A stretch of DNA of 60,152 nt, filler included, from Sphacelaria rigidula (taxonomy: Eukaryota), in the NCBI GenBank assembly GCA_964200075.2. It is 10 parts of 10 records of this genome, joined end to end, with 100 filler letters (N's around TTAATTAATTAA, not from the genome) between each part and the next. Parts side by side here need not be neighbours in the genome. Positions count along the whole stretch, not along the records: positions 48,204 to 54,128 come from CAXNAA020023446.1; positions 54,229 to 60,152 come from CAXNAA020023447.1; 8 more parts are not named here. One strand, written 5' to 3'. Below, piece by piece: positions 49,190 to 60,152 of this stretch. The notes beneath the pieces are model-generated. The model was not told the DNA's origin and searched no databases. It saw nothing but the letters and a program-made list of their open reading frames with translations. The position numbers and the translations under genes were made by a program. Position 1 is the first letter of the stretch. Each line of letters begins with the position of its first letter.

Positions 49190-50660
49190 GCCTCCCAGGG
49201 GCCAAAGAGCAGGAACTTCAACGATTTGGGTGTGATGATTCGGGTTCGGCTGTCATTGGCTGTCAATACAGAGACTGTGGAGGAGGTACGATGCACAGCA
49301 CCAAGCAGGATTCATCTTCCCATAGCTGGCAGAAGCGCAACGGAAAGAGCGACAGGAAGTCCACACCCCTTCAAGAATTGCGTCAGCGCCTGCGTGATAT
49401 CGCGCTGCACGAAGAAGCAACACAGCGCCGATCGGCTGAGGCGCTCGGTTCTCCGCGGTGTACGCTTCATGACAACCTCAAGGCGCTCGAATTGAGGGCA
49501 CAGTCCAACGCGCTCAAGCCGCTTCTGACCGATGAGGGGAAGCTCGAAAGACTGAGTTGGGTGTTGCGGTGAGCGCACACTACTACGAGTAGTCAAAGAC
49601 TGATACACCATTTCGAAGACTTTGTCCATATAGACGAGAAATGGTTAAATCTCTGCAAGAAAGGGCAGGGGTTGTACTTTTTCGACGAAGAAATCCCTCC
49701 TGTCCGGAAGGTCCAGATCAAGAGATTGTGCAAAAAAACATGTTTCTCGCTGCGGTTGCTCGCCCGCGTCACAATACTGCCGCCAAAGTCGCCTTCAACG
49801 GCAAGATTGGCTGTTGTGCCTTCGTAGAAAGGGCTCCAGCTGCACACAACAGTCGGAACTGTGCCACTGGAAGAACTCTTGTAACAAAGTGCGTTGAGGT
49901 CACCGAGGAGACCTACAAGGCGAAGCTCATTGCAGAGTTTCGGAAAACGTTTTTTTTTGTAATTTCAGAGTGCAAATATCTCAGGATCAGGGTGCAGAAT
50001 AAAAAAAATCGCCTCATCAAAAATAGTCAAGAGGACACCACATTTGACGTAGAAGGAAACATTTGTTCTTTACGCTCTGATCCTGAGATATTTGTACTCT
50101 GAAATGACAAAAAAGCGTTTTTCGAAACTCTCCACATTAATGATATGATCTCCGCAATCACGCAAAAATGACCGGCTTCGACTCGACGCAACACAATCTA
50201 CCTGCAGCAGGACAAAGCGAAGCCACACCGGGTGAAACAAGACCAGGAGTTGCTGGCGGCGTGTTCATCGCATGGATTCAAGCTTAAGCTCACCAACCAA
50301 CCGCCTGACAGCCCTGATACCAACATCCTGAATCTAGGCTTCTTCGCATCGATCCAATCTCTCTCGGACCGCATGCGAGCCAGAGAAAATCGATAATTTC
50401 TTCGGCGAGGTCAATGCCGCATGTGAGTCGGCGGAGCCCGCCAAGCTTGGCAGGGTAGGACTACAGTACGCTCCAGGTGTGCACGAAGCAGGTCCTGCTT
50501 TGAAACGAGAACACCTACAAGGTGCCCCACCTAGGCAAGGGCAAGTTTGCACGCGCGGGGACACCAACCCCCGGGCGGTACGAGATCCCGAAGGAGGCGT
50601 GGGCCGAAGGAAACGCGGCGCTTGCGGCGGGAGAGGGGCAAGGGGCGTCTGCATAGAAAC
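49190..50660 (+). pseudogene. DD39D ('plant-type') mariner transposase pseudogene
   Basis: HTH-like region and LKPLLTDEGKLERL, then FVHIDEKW, KNMFLAAVARPR, FNGKIG, IYLQQDKAKPH, QPPDSPDTNILNLGFF and NTYKVPHLGK. There are 39 residues between the second Asp (50211) and the third catalytic position (50331, now Asn). Stops, frameshifts and a MITE insertion are present. Outer boundaries are approximate. Confidence 0.92.
49931..50134. mobile_element. MITE with ~60-bp TIRs inserted in the mariner transposase
   Basis: TGCAGAGTTTCGGAAAACG...CAGAGTGCAAATATCTCAGGATCAG pairs with CTGATCCTGAGATATTTGTACTCTG...CGAAACTCTCCA. TSD CAT (or CATT). Removing it restores the frame YKAKLI-NDMISAI. Confidence 0.9.
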
Positions 50661-53095
50661 GCGCGGGCGGGTAGTTTCGTCGCTTGACGGACCCGCACAC
50701 GTGTTTTGTTACAGTGTGTTGTGGTCTTGTACGGAAGTACAACTGCAGTTTTGTCCGCTGGAGTAGAGTAGTACGATTCATCGTCGGAGGACCCAACAGT
50801 AGCAGTGCTGCCGAGGATTTACAGGCAGGAGTAAGTAGAACCGCGGTCAATGGAGTATGGGTATGGTGAAGAACGGAAAATAGTGTCGAGCTTGTACGAG
50901 TCAGATGACCAGTTATAGGCTCCGCCATGCTGCGCTGCGCTCACGACAGCTTTGGGATTTTTCTGTATCGATCACGTCGGGAACACCGCCGATAAGAACT
51001 GCGGGGATGTATCTTAACCTTCTCCTGGACGTATACACCGTGTGGGGTGGGGGTAACGCCCACTCTACATCGACTGCTCTCGCATTACCCCCACCGCCTC
51101 TGTCACAATCACACAATGTGTTGCTTCTCACGTTTGTTTCCCGATGATTGAGCGCTATCTAGCTGGATTCTTCCACGACATCACCAACTAGGGGACGCGA
51201 AACACCAATCCCCTCCCTTGTAGAGAGTATTGTTTTTCATCCATCCATGTCATATCCGATTTTAGTTCATACCCGTCGGACATCACACAAGGACTTAATT
51301 ACCTAATTTGGAGCATATGGTGGAAACCTTGCTTACATTTCCGGACAGGGACAGGATAACAGTACGTGGTAATAAGTCACCAAATTTAGGCGTGCTCTGG
51401 TCAGTTTGAAGCACTTATGTCATCTTTATCACTCATATATGAGTTTTGTGTTCATTATATATTTCTCTCGGCCTGAGAAAAGCATCTGTAGCTTGCAAGT
51501 GCAGTGGCATCCCCCCCCCCTCCAGAGGAGTCATGATTTTCATATGTGGTTGCCCAGGAATCTTCTATCTTTCGCCCGCGGGTCTAAGTGATGGGGCTGA
51601 CGCCATGGTTGGAAATAAAATCAGCTGTCGTGTGACGGTTGCTGCTGCAGCCCTCAGCACTAGCAGCCTACCCCGAAGAGGACACAAGGGCCGTGCTCTT
51701 ATTTTATGTGTATGTTGTTTCCGAGACCAGAGCTCCTCTCCCTTTCATTTTGGCATCATGTCGCAGTGCGCTGTCAGGCCCGCGTCATATCGGATCTTCT
51801 TGGATCTTTGGATCCTTAGGTCTCCGACGACGATGCGACTATTAGTCTGCGCAAGAGTGTGGATGTAAGTAATTGCATACGTCCGCAGCAGCGTTGTCGT
51901 CAAAGCGCCAAGACTACATACTTGGGCAGAGTGTACTAAGCAGAGGACCAGTATGGAAAAACTATCAGCATTCTTTGGACGTTTACGGTTTTCGTCCTTC
52001 AAGTTTATCGGCAATCGAAGGTTGCGTGGGTAAACCGCTGCCCCTGAGCGGTGAAAAAAGTATTTCGATTTTGAAAAGAGGTGGATCCAAAATGTCTTTT
52101 TCTGAGGGCGGCCCTCACCAGCCGGTGGGGAAATTTGGCTCACATTGCACCCTCGCATAGCCGCTGCGCCGCAACAGGGAAAAACCGTACGTATATGCCG
52201 GTGAAGCCAACGCATAAGTAATGTACTGGATATGCTGGTTGCGCACATACCCAATATGTTTGCGATGACAAAATCAACTGAAACACAGCTGTGTTTTTGT
52301 CGCTCACGGGTACGGGTGTCGGCAAGATGGGTTGGTTGGGACTGGCATTGGTGATTCCGCCGACGACGGCAGGATTGAGTCTTTGGCACGTTGATGGATG
52401 CCTTTAACGCTGAATTCTACAAAGTGAGGATATACCTATATAGCTGGGATGAACCTTGAAAACCTTCATAAGCATCGCAATATTCTCGAAAGCAAATACG
52501 AATGCACGCACCGGGCCGTAATGTGTGACCTCGATCATCATCATAAACAGAGCAATCCGCAATTTATAAATTTCCGTGCTAACAATGGAATGTGGTGAAT
52601 ATGAACATTTATTGGTACGGGAAAGAATGGAGGTCGAAATTGTTCGGGATAAAGACGGGATATTACAAACTGTGGACGGGTTCCTTTAAGGATGAGCACA
52701 CACACACCACACCCAGAGAGTGCATTTGTGTGTTCATTTCGAAAGTATTTCGACGCTTATGAAGGTTCCCAAGGTTCATCCTCAACGAATCCATGCGAAA
52801 TTTGTTTAACTCCGTGATATTTGCTTCAAACCCAAGGTGAACACGCGCTTAGTTTCGCAATGGGCTTTGAAGCATTGGATCCGACTATGAACGGCACTAC
52901 ATGAGCTTTTTCCATTGACTAGCATTCGTAATTGTCTAAAAGCAAATATGGAATCGACACAATGAACAGAGGTAATCTTAGAAATATCTAGACGTGTATC
53001 AACGGCCAGCGTCATCACATTGATCGGCGTGGAATCGAAGCAAGGTTTCACTGCTTTCACCGGATCATGATGAACTCATGTACCAGAGAGATCAA

Positions 53096-53254
53096 CCCCC
53101 CCCCCCCCCCCCCCCTCGGTGCTCTCAATGGTCAAACGACCAAGGCAAGCAACAAATGAGTACGCCCCCCCCCCCCCCTCGGTGCTCTGTCTCGGAAGGG
53201 ATGCGTGGTCGATTAGGGCAAGCAACAAAGGAGCACGCCCCCCCCTCCCCCTCC
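53096..53254 (+). mobile_element. Two head-to-tail LINE 3'-end fragments separated and flanked by C-runs
   Basis: (C)n TCGGTGCTC...GGCAAGCAACAAATGAGTACG (C)n TCGGTGCTC...GGCAAGCAACAAAGGAGCACG (C)n. Confidence 0.8.
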
Positions 53255-54082
53255 CTTAGTCTGTTTGCCTATGTGTCCGTCAGCCCGCCTGCCTATCTGT
53301 CGTTCGCCTGTATCAGCCTGCATGTGCTGTCTCTTTACAAGATTTCAAGCGCCACCCTTGATGAATGGCGGCAAACGGTGGCAACGCGTGCCTGACTGTA
53401 GCACGTTTTGATTTTCCCCGTGCTGCCTCGGTGCTCTCTCGGTAGGCCGAAATATTCGAAACCAAACGTGTGTTGCCTGCAGACTTTGTTGGTGTCAGCT
53501 GTAAAAAACAGTCACAGGGGCTATTTCCGACATGCTTTTGCTGCACTTGAAGTCTTTATCTCACGCAATGTGCGCTACTGTACTGGTACCAATCTGACCG
53601 CGGTTTTGGCATTTTTGCACGTACCCGGCAGCTTTTTGCTGGCTTTTGTGTATGTTTCCTACAATAGTCAATATTCAAACGGGGATCGCCTCAATCGGTG
53701 ATTTTCTGCAGACACCGTCCATTTCCACTCGATACTTCGGGAATTGGTAGACATAGGATCAGGAAATGGGTCGTGCACGGGAAATACTTCCGAATCGTGT
53801 GTTGTCGGGGAAATGCAGGGATCACAACCTTCTCCTTGTCGTTGTTTGGGGGGGGGAATGAGGGGGGGGAGGGATGGTGGTGGAAGGGGGCGAGGACCCG
53901 TATTTTTGTCCACGAGTCTTTCAACTTAGGGAGGGGATCAAAACCGCCTTATTTAGACAAGGTGGGGAGTAAGGTTTGTTCCCATCAACCATCTTGTTCC
54001 ATAGAACAACCGTGACCTTGAACGTAAACAATATAATAGTAGACTAGTGGTGGGGGGGGGGGGGGGGGGTGCAACCCCCTAC

Positions 54083-54120
<38 letters not shown>

Positions 54121-56256
54121 ACCACCTCNNNNNNNNNNNNNNNNNNNNNNNNNNNNNNNNNNNNNNNNNNNNTTAATTAATTAANNNNNNNNNNNNNNNN
54201 NNNNNNNNNNNNNNNNNNNNNNNNNNNNAAGAGAGATATGCCACTTCAGCCCCATATTTTGTATGAACCCCAAAATATAAAACCGGCTGTTTCAACTCGA
54301 ACTGGTCGTCTTCAACGCACCGAGTCTTGAATCGGTTCGTCGCTTCATACTCGTAGACACTTGTTGTACTGTTCGTCATGAAGGTAATTGTAGTCATAAT
54401 GAGGCTGTTTTGCCTTAGATATTTCCGAATTTTTCGGGAAAAAAACTCCCACCCTGTCCTACCCGGGAATTTTGACAGCAGATTTCTTGACCATGTCAAG
54501 AAAAACAACAGTTCAACATTGACTACATGGATACATCTCGTATAATCTAGCGCTGGAGTTTTCATCCCGTGTTTTTATTTTGTGAGACCTTGGGAATTTT
54601 CCCGAAATTTTGAAAAAAAGTGAAAAATCAGTCCCGTTAACAACGGTCGACCTTAACATGCATCTCCAAGGTCCATGCCTGTTCGTGCGGTAAGATGATT
54701 TGACGATTTCCTGGTTGCCGGGTTCTTTCCCATGCCATGTTTTTTCAGTACGGATACAACAATGTTTTCGTGAGATTCAGAGTGAGAAGCGATCAGTGAG
54801 TGAATGACCAGTTTCAGTTCCGACATGCCCCTCCACGAGGCCCGGTACGCGTTTTCTTATAGCTTGCTATTGAAGCCTTTGATATCACTGAGTAGGACAT
54901 TATCGACGTGTAGCTGTAAGCACACGCCAGTGTTACAGAGAAAGAGAGCCACACATAGAGTGAAAAATTGGTCACGTTGAAGCAAATGATGAAACCCACT
55001 CTCGCTCTATTTTCAATTTCACAACAACACTGTTATACGTGAACAAGCGCTTTGATCGTACCTAGCATAGCACAACGGATGTCGCGACCCACCGCACTTA
55101 GGGGTAAGGATGACGTTACGCGACGTGTAGTCTCCAAATCATCATCAACTAGCCGCCGAAGACTACGTACACTGCGACCAGTTCGCCCCCATCGAGGTTG
55201 ATCACGAGGTTTTAACTCGACGATTAATTCGCAGCGAAAGATACGCAGCATGCTGTCTTGACGTTTGGAGAGTGCGGACGTTAATCTCGCGTACGAGCAC
55301 TGACCAAGGCGTCCTAAAGCGCAACATCTAAATTTTGAAGCTGGATCAAGCTGTGATGCAGGCCTCTCCACAGCTTTCAATAAGAGGATAAACTGATAGG
55401 AAGAGTGGCACGGGGAACCTGTCGGGTGTGACTGCCCGTGTTTGCATGACACAAGGACATGGGGTTGTTGGTGGATTCTGTGATGACCTCGCATGGGCAC
55501 TCATCATCCAACCTTGGCTGCGAAAGGCCGACCCTTCTCTGCGAACGCACCAGAACCACGACGCCTCCATGGCAAAAGTAACGCAGCAAGGAGCGGTAAT
55601 TTTGGTTACTCGACATAGCTGTGCCATGGGGACTAATGCATAACCTACTACGACGTTAGTAGCATGCTGTATGGAGGTGCAAGGTGGTGCACCCATCGAA
55701 TCCCATTCGAGCCGCCTGTCGGCGACCAACCAAGGAACCACGCTCATCGGTGTCAACCAAATACAATTAATGAATTCGCGCCGAGTGTGCTTACCGGCAG
55801 CGTCCCCAATTAGGAACCAAGATACATTTACGACAAAAGAAGCACACCGCCACATCACATCAAGCATAGCCTGGACTACGTACCACACAAAGCCGACTAC
55901 AAAACAACGGAATTCTGCAGCTTCAATGTACATGAATAAAAACGCAAGATTCCAAGGGCGGCTCAGTCGGAAGACCCGATCATCCAGATCGATCGACTAC
56001 TTTATAGACAGAAAACACATCTGCGTTTTCCCGACGGAAACCTGGGACAGGCGAACAAGCACACAGGCAGGACGAACACAATCGCCCCGCCGACAAGATA
56101 CGACAAAAAGGGAGGACGGGGAAGACGTGCAGCACCTCCCGATCCCATGTACAGCTGGTGGCATTTCTCTCCATTCCTATGATTTCACGTCTACATGGCC
56201 GAAAAGTTGCCGGCTAGGGCCCTCTGCTGTCTTCTGATGCCTTCGGGGGTTAGCAT

Positions 56257-56349
56257 TTAGCCGACCCGGGGAGGGCGGGTGACGATGCCATCCTCATTGC
56301 ACCATACCCTCACGCGGTCCATGCGCATGTCCATCGTCACCATGGACCC
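56257..56349 (-). CDS. Potato inhibitor I (I13), exon 4
   Basis: CAG|GGG acceptor. Encodes GSMVTMDMRMDRVRVWCNEDGIVTRPPRVG*, the classic VTMD.R.DRVRV...V...PR(V/I)G signature. The four exons total 399 nt, or 132 aa plus stop. Confidence 0.93.
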   Translation of the reverse strand, partial: GSMVTMDMRMDRVRVWCNEDGIVTRPPRVG

Positions 56350-56855
56350 CTGCCGGTAAACACCCGAAACAACAGAGCGGTCGCTTGACGAAACTATCGC
56401 AACGGCAGTTATCACTTCATATAAGCATCTCATTCGACGACAGCACCGCCGGAACCCACTAGGCGACAACGTCGAACCAACGGTGGGAACGGAATGTGAA
56501 GTTCCCCGTGTCGTGTCTCGTGATGTACTTCGAGGAGTCAGCCAAAATTGGGGTCATCGATCAGTGTAGTGCAGTACTGACGAGAAACATATTATGCAGG
56601 CTGCAAGCAACAGTCCGACGAAATGTTGCTGTACCGCGCAATCTTCTTTTTTCATCAATATTCTTCTGTTCACAATACCGCACATATTTGGTCGTACCCT
56701 GTAGTCGCAGCACTGATGGGCAACGTGGACCATTGTTACTTGAGGTGCGGGCTCACAAATTTGTAACGGCCGTTCAACGCACACACGATATCAAAGCAAG
56801 GAAGAACCGACGAAAACACTAAACTGGCGCATTGACGCCACGTGCAAATAGTCAC

Positions 56856-56932
56856 CTCGCGAACAATGACGATCTTCCTGAGCTCCGGTCGTGCCTGTCT
56901 GATGTGGGCAACTGCATCCTCTCCGCTCATGC
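56856..56932 (-). CDS. Potato inhibitor I (I13), exon 3
   Basis: CAG|GC...GAG|GTGACT. Encodes (G)MSGEDAVAHIRQARPELRKIVIVRE. Confidence 0.9.
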
Positions 56933-58162
56933 CTGCCAAACCAACAACGTTTATTCGATATGAACGATACGACTGCGTGTCGAAATACGCGATGGTGATT
57001 GATGGTGCACAAGACGCTACAAGCACAAGAAAAAATCCCGCACGAATCGACCAACTTGTCCGGGAAACTGTCTCGACACAGCGTCCAGAGTTGACTATAC
57101 GGTAATTGATGGCGTTGCTGTTATTTATCTCTAGTCTAGTCTTGAAAAATCCCGTGGCTGCACGTACACGGTAATGCAACAAGATTCTACCCGTCGTACG
57201 CGATGTCCGTGGACATATCCTTTCTCCAAGTCGCGGCGAACAGAACAGCTGTTGCAACTACCCAATGACTTGCAGGTGACGTAACGGTAACATGCCGTAT
57301 CAGAACTAGCGACGCTTCTTGATACCGATACCAGCTGGGCCAGCTTAAAAGCGGCCAAACGTTGTCCACACTACAGTTTTCCCAGTTTCCCGAATGAACC
57401 CGATGTAAGCATATCACTGTAAAGTGCAGACCGACATAGTAACACACGACGCCGCTGCTGAATGAAGAAAAAAACGGAAAGAAATGTACCGCATAATATA
57501 TGACCTTCACAACGGACGAAAAAAAAGAGAGAATCTGTAGGGATTCGAACTCATGACGTCCATAATTGTAGTCTTCTAGCACTTGAATTATATGGGTGCA
57601 GCAGCGTCACGCAAAACGTTGCACGCACGGCCCAATTCGACGACTTTTGAGCTGAANNNNNNNNNNACAACCTCCTGCCCCGCGTTGGACTAGGGGTTGC
57701 TTTGGTTTTCGTTGGGCAATGGCGTGGCGGAGTGCGTTTTTTTTTTTTTAATACGGTGGGTTCACGTCAGCAATCACCCCCCACTGGGTATATGTGGGAT
57801 GAAGCAGCGTCACGCAAAACGTTGCACGCACGGCCCAATTCGACGACTTTTGAGCTGAAATTTCACGAAGACCTCCTGTAACCAAGGAAATGATACATCA
57901 CGGGAGCAGCTGCATATTCTCGTTTTTTTCTGGACTCATGACATTATCTTGTTTTTGCTGGAATTTCAAATCCCCATACTGGAACTTCCTTTTTTTCTTC
58001 GCCGCTCGTCATATTCTGCATGTCGATCATGATGAGCTGCTGTGAAAATTTCAGCGCCCAACTCCGAATTTCACGCTGTGCGTCGCCTGAGCGAGAAAAC
58101 TACCCACTGATGGCTAGCCCAGCTCGTGGTGCAGAGTGGTGTACACGCATGGAAGATCTTAC

Positions 58163-58336
58163 CGACACACTCATCCCAAGTCCTGCGCACGGCCGAGCCT
58201 CCGAAGGACGGCTTGCCGGAACTCGGTTTGACGGGCATTTCGAACGCGCCGCCCCTGATTTTCCCGCTTCCGCTATCGACCCTCTCGATTTTCGAGGCGG
58301 AGTGCTCACCCTCTGGCTCCGTCGTCTTCGCTCCGG
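58163..58336 (-). CDS. Potato inhibitor I (I13), exon 2
   Basis: CAG|CC...G|GTAAGA. Encodes (A)GAKTTEPEG...GGSAVRRTWDECV(G). TWDECVG corresponds to the family motif SWPELVG. Confidence 0.85.
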
Positions 58337-59818
58337 CTGATGTTTCGAAAATACACGACAAAAGCACATGCGAGACAAGAAGCATTGAGGCGCATGAAAA
58401 CGTGGGTCCGGTACAGGTTTCGACCCATAAGGTGATCGCTGTGAAAACACAGAACAAAAATCACGGACACGCCTCCTTTCAGTTCTTCGTGCGCTCGCGA
58501 CAGTTCTTCACTGAAGTAACATGTCCTCTTTTGCATTGTCCAACTTACGTCCTACAGTTGTCATGGTCTGCGTTGAGTCTGGTCGACTGCCAATAATCAC
58601 GTTGGCTGTACACTCGGCTCCTGTCCTTCATCGCTGAGGCGGCATATGCATTTTTCTTTAGTAAGGTATATTTTTTTTCTGGCAATGATTCCGACCCGCT
58701 CATTCTGAGCCGGCATGCAGTACACCCAGAATTTTTACTTTGAGTATTCACGGTGTCCGTTGCACTAGCGTCTGGATATGTACTATGATCCAAAATTTCG
58801 GTACAGTTTCTTATACTGGTGACTCTTTGCCTTTGATTCTGTGCGGTTCTCGGAATATTTTGACGCCCGTTAGCAAGGGATCGGAGGCAGTGGAGTTGCT
58901 GATGTTACTGGAACAATTGATTGATATGTTAGTATCGACGGCTGTATCGTAATGTTCTCTGCGTCTGCCTGCCCCGCAGTCTCGCCGGCGTTAGCTTCGG
59001 ATACTATGCTCGATGTTTCTACACTGATGCGTGTTCGTCTATTTTGTTCTCTTGCTTCCCGCTTTTTCGGCACCCCGCGGTAGATCGGGGTTTGGTATAC
59101 TGTAACGACTGCACTTACGTCACTGTCTTTACCATTCGTCTATTTTGCGACACAGCTGTACTATACACCACAGTACACCACACCACAACAGCAAACAGGA
59201 GATTGCACTGCAACAGTTGACCATAGTACCGACTGTACCATCTGCGATATCGTGCTACACGTTACAGATGCACTACCCATCGCCCTCAAACCCACACACA
59301 ATGACAAGCGCAGTTTTCCCTCTCCCGCTGCCCATCCCGCTGTACGTGAATTAACACCCTCCTCCCCCGCTGCCCTGTATCCTCCCTTCCCGACCACCGC
59401 TGGCTTCGGCAAAACTAAACACGGAGATGTCTTTGGCGTGCACAGGGGCGGCGATGACGTCTGCGTGCACATCTTTCTGAGACATTATACCACCGTTTTT
59501 GCCCTCGCGGCTTGTCGCGTAGCGTATTTATGTTACGTTGCTCGCGTGCTCATACTGCAGTAGATGACACCCCATGACGTTTATGGCCGGTTAACCACAC
59601 CCTGGTGGCAAAAACGCCCCCCCCCTTTCCTCCTAAGTCAACACTATTCCGAAACTCCCTTGATCCCCACACGACACCGGCACCCTCGACCGGTACCACT
59701 CCCAGGCCTACCGCAGCTACGTTTCCCCCCGCAAGTTTCCAACGCAGAAGCGAAATATTTTGTGCGTAACTTCTACCGGTGTAGTAATGACGGGTAGAAC
59801 AGTGTAACGCTTGCTTAC

Positions 59819-59873
59819 CGGCGAGGACGGTGAGTGATGTTAGCGCCGCAATCAGTGGTCCTGTGAAACGCAT
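59819..59873 (-). CDS. Secreted potato inhibitor I (I13) protease inhibitor, exon 1 (signal peptide)
   Basis: ATG at 59873, encoding MRFTGPLIAALTSLTVLA, then a G|GTAAGC donor. Phase 1 joins exon 2 to give ...VLAAGA-KTT, a plausible signal peptide. Confidence 0.75.
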
Positions 59874-60152
59874 CTCCCTGGTGTAGAATGAGCTTGTCCT
59901 GACAGCGGACAAGAGATAAGTTATTCGAGTTCACGGATGTTCCAAGTAAAACGATACAGCCGCTTCAGTAACATCTCTCTTGCTGTCGGCTGTTCGGCCA
60001 GGGTGAACTTTGATTGTAAGGGTCGGGCATATAATGATTCGTCTGTAAATTACTTGGTTTTAGTATAACGAGTCGACTCGTGACGAATCAACCCCCAGAC
60101 TTTATTTCAGCGTTGCAACCCGGGTACACGCAGCCCAGACACGTGGAATGGC

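Noticed and set aside
57600..57860. Exact direct repeat of about 57 bp (57600-57656 and 57804-57860)
   Set aside because: The first copy abuts a 10-N gap, so it is most likely a scaffolding overlap artefact.

Overview
This is eukaryotic, intron-rich, repeat-dense DNA, most consistent with a brown alga (Phaeophyceae, Ectocarpus-like); the organism is an inference. It is not one locus: it is ten contigs of 5926, 5926, 5926, 5925 (x6) and 5924 bp joined by artificial 100-nt N44-TTAATTAATTAA-N44 linkers, so adjacency across linkers has no biological meaning. Spliced genes read by hand: three 5' exons of a plastid-type ferredoxin-nitrite reductase; four exons of a Pmp-like (GGxI/FxxN) beta-helix repeat protein; one TPR/J-domain co-chaperone exon (DNAJC3/7-like); the last two exons of an MFS transporter; and a complete four-exon secreted potato inhibitor I (I13) protease inhibitor. 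Most other recognisable sequence is transposon relic: a Ty1/copia gag-protease fragment, a LINE missing its RT core, a DD39D mariner pseudogene interrupted by a MITE, and several hAT-, Harbinger- and Tc1-type MITEs, several with readable target-site duplications. The most unusual signal is a LINE plus a structured SINE-like partner that share a 3' end, terminate in poly(C) rather than poly(A), and are repeatedly flanked by C-tracts on both sides, which suggests poly(C)-targeted retrotransposition. A TIR element carrying internal TTAGGG repeats next to a conserved hairpin is also notable. Most of the supplied ORFs are spurious.
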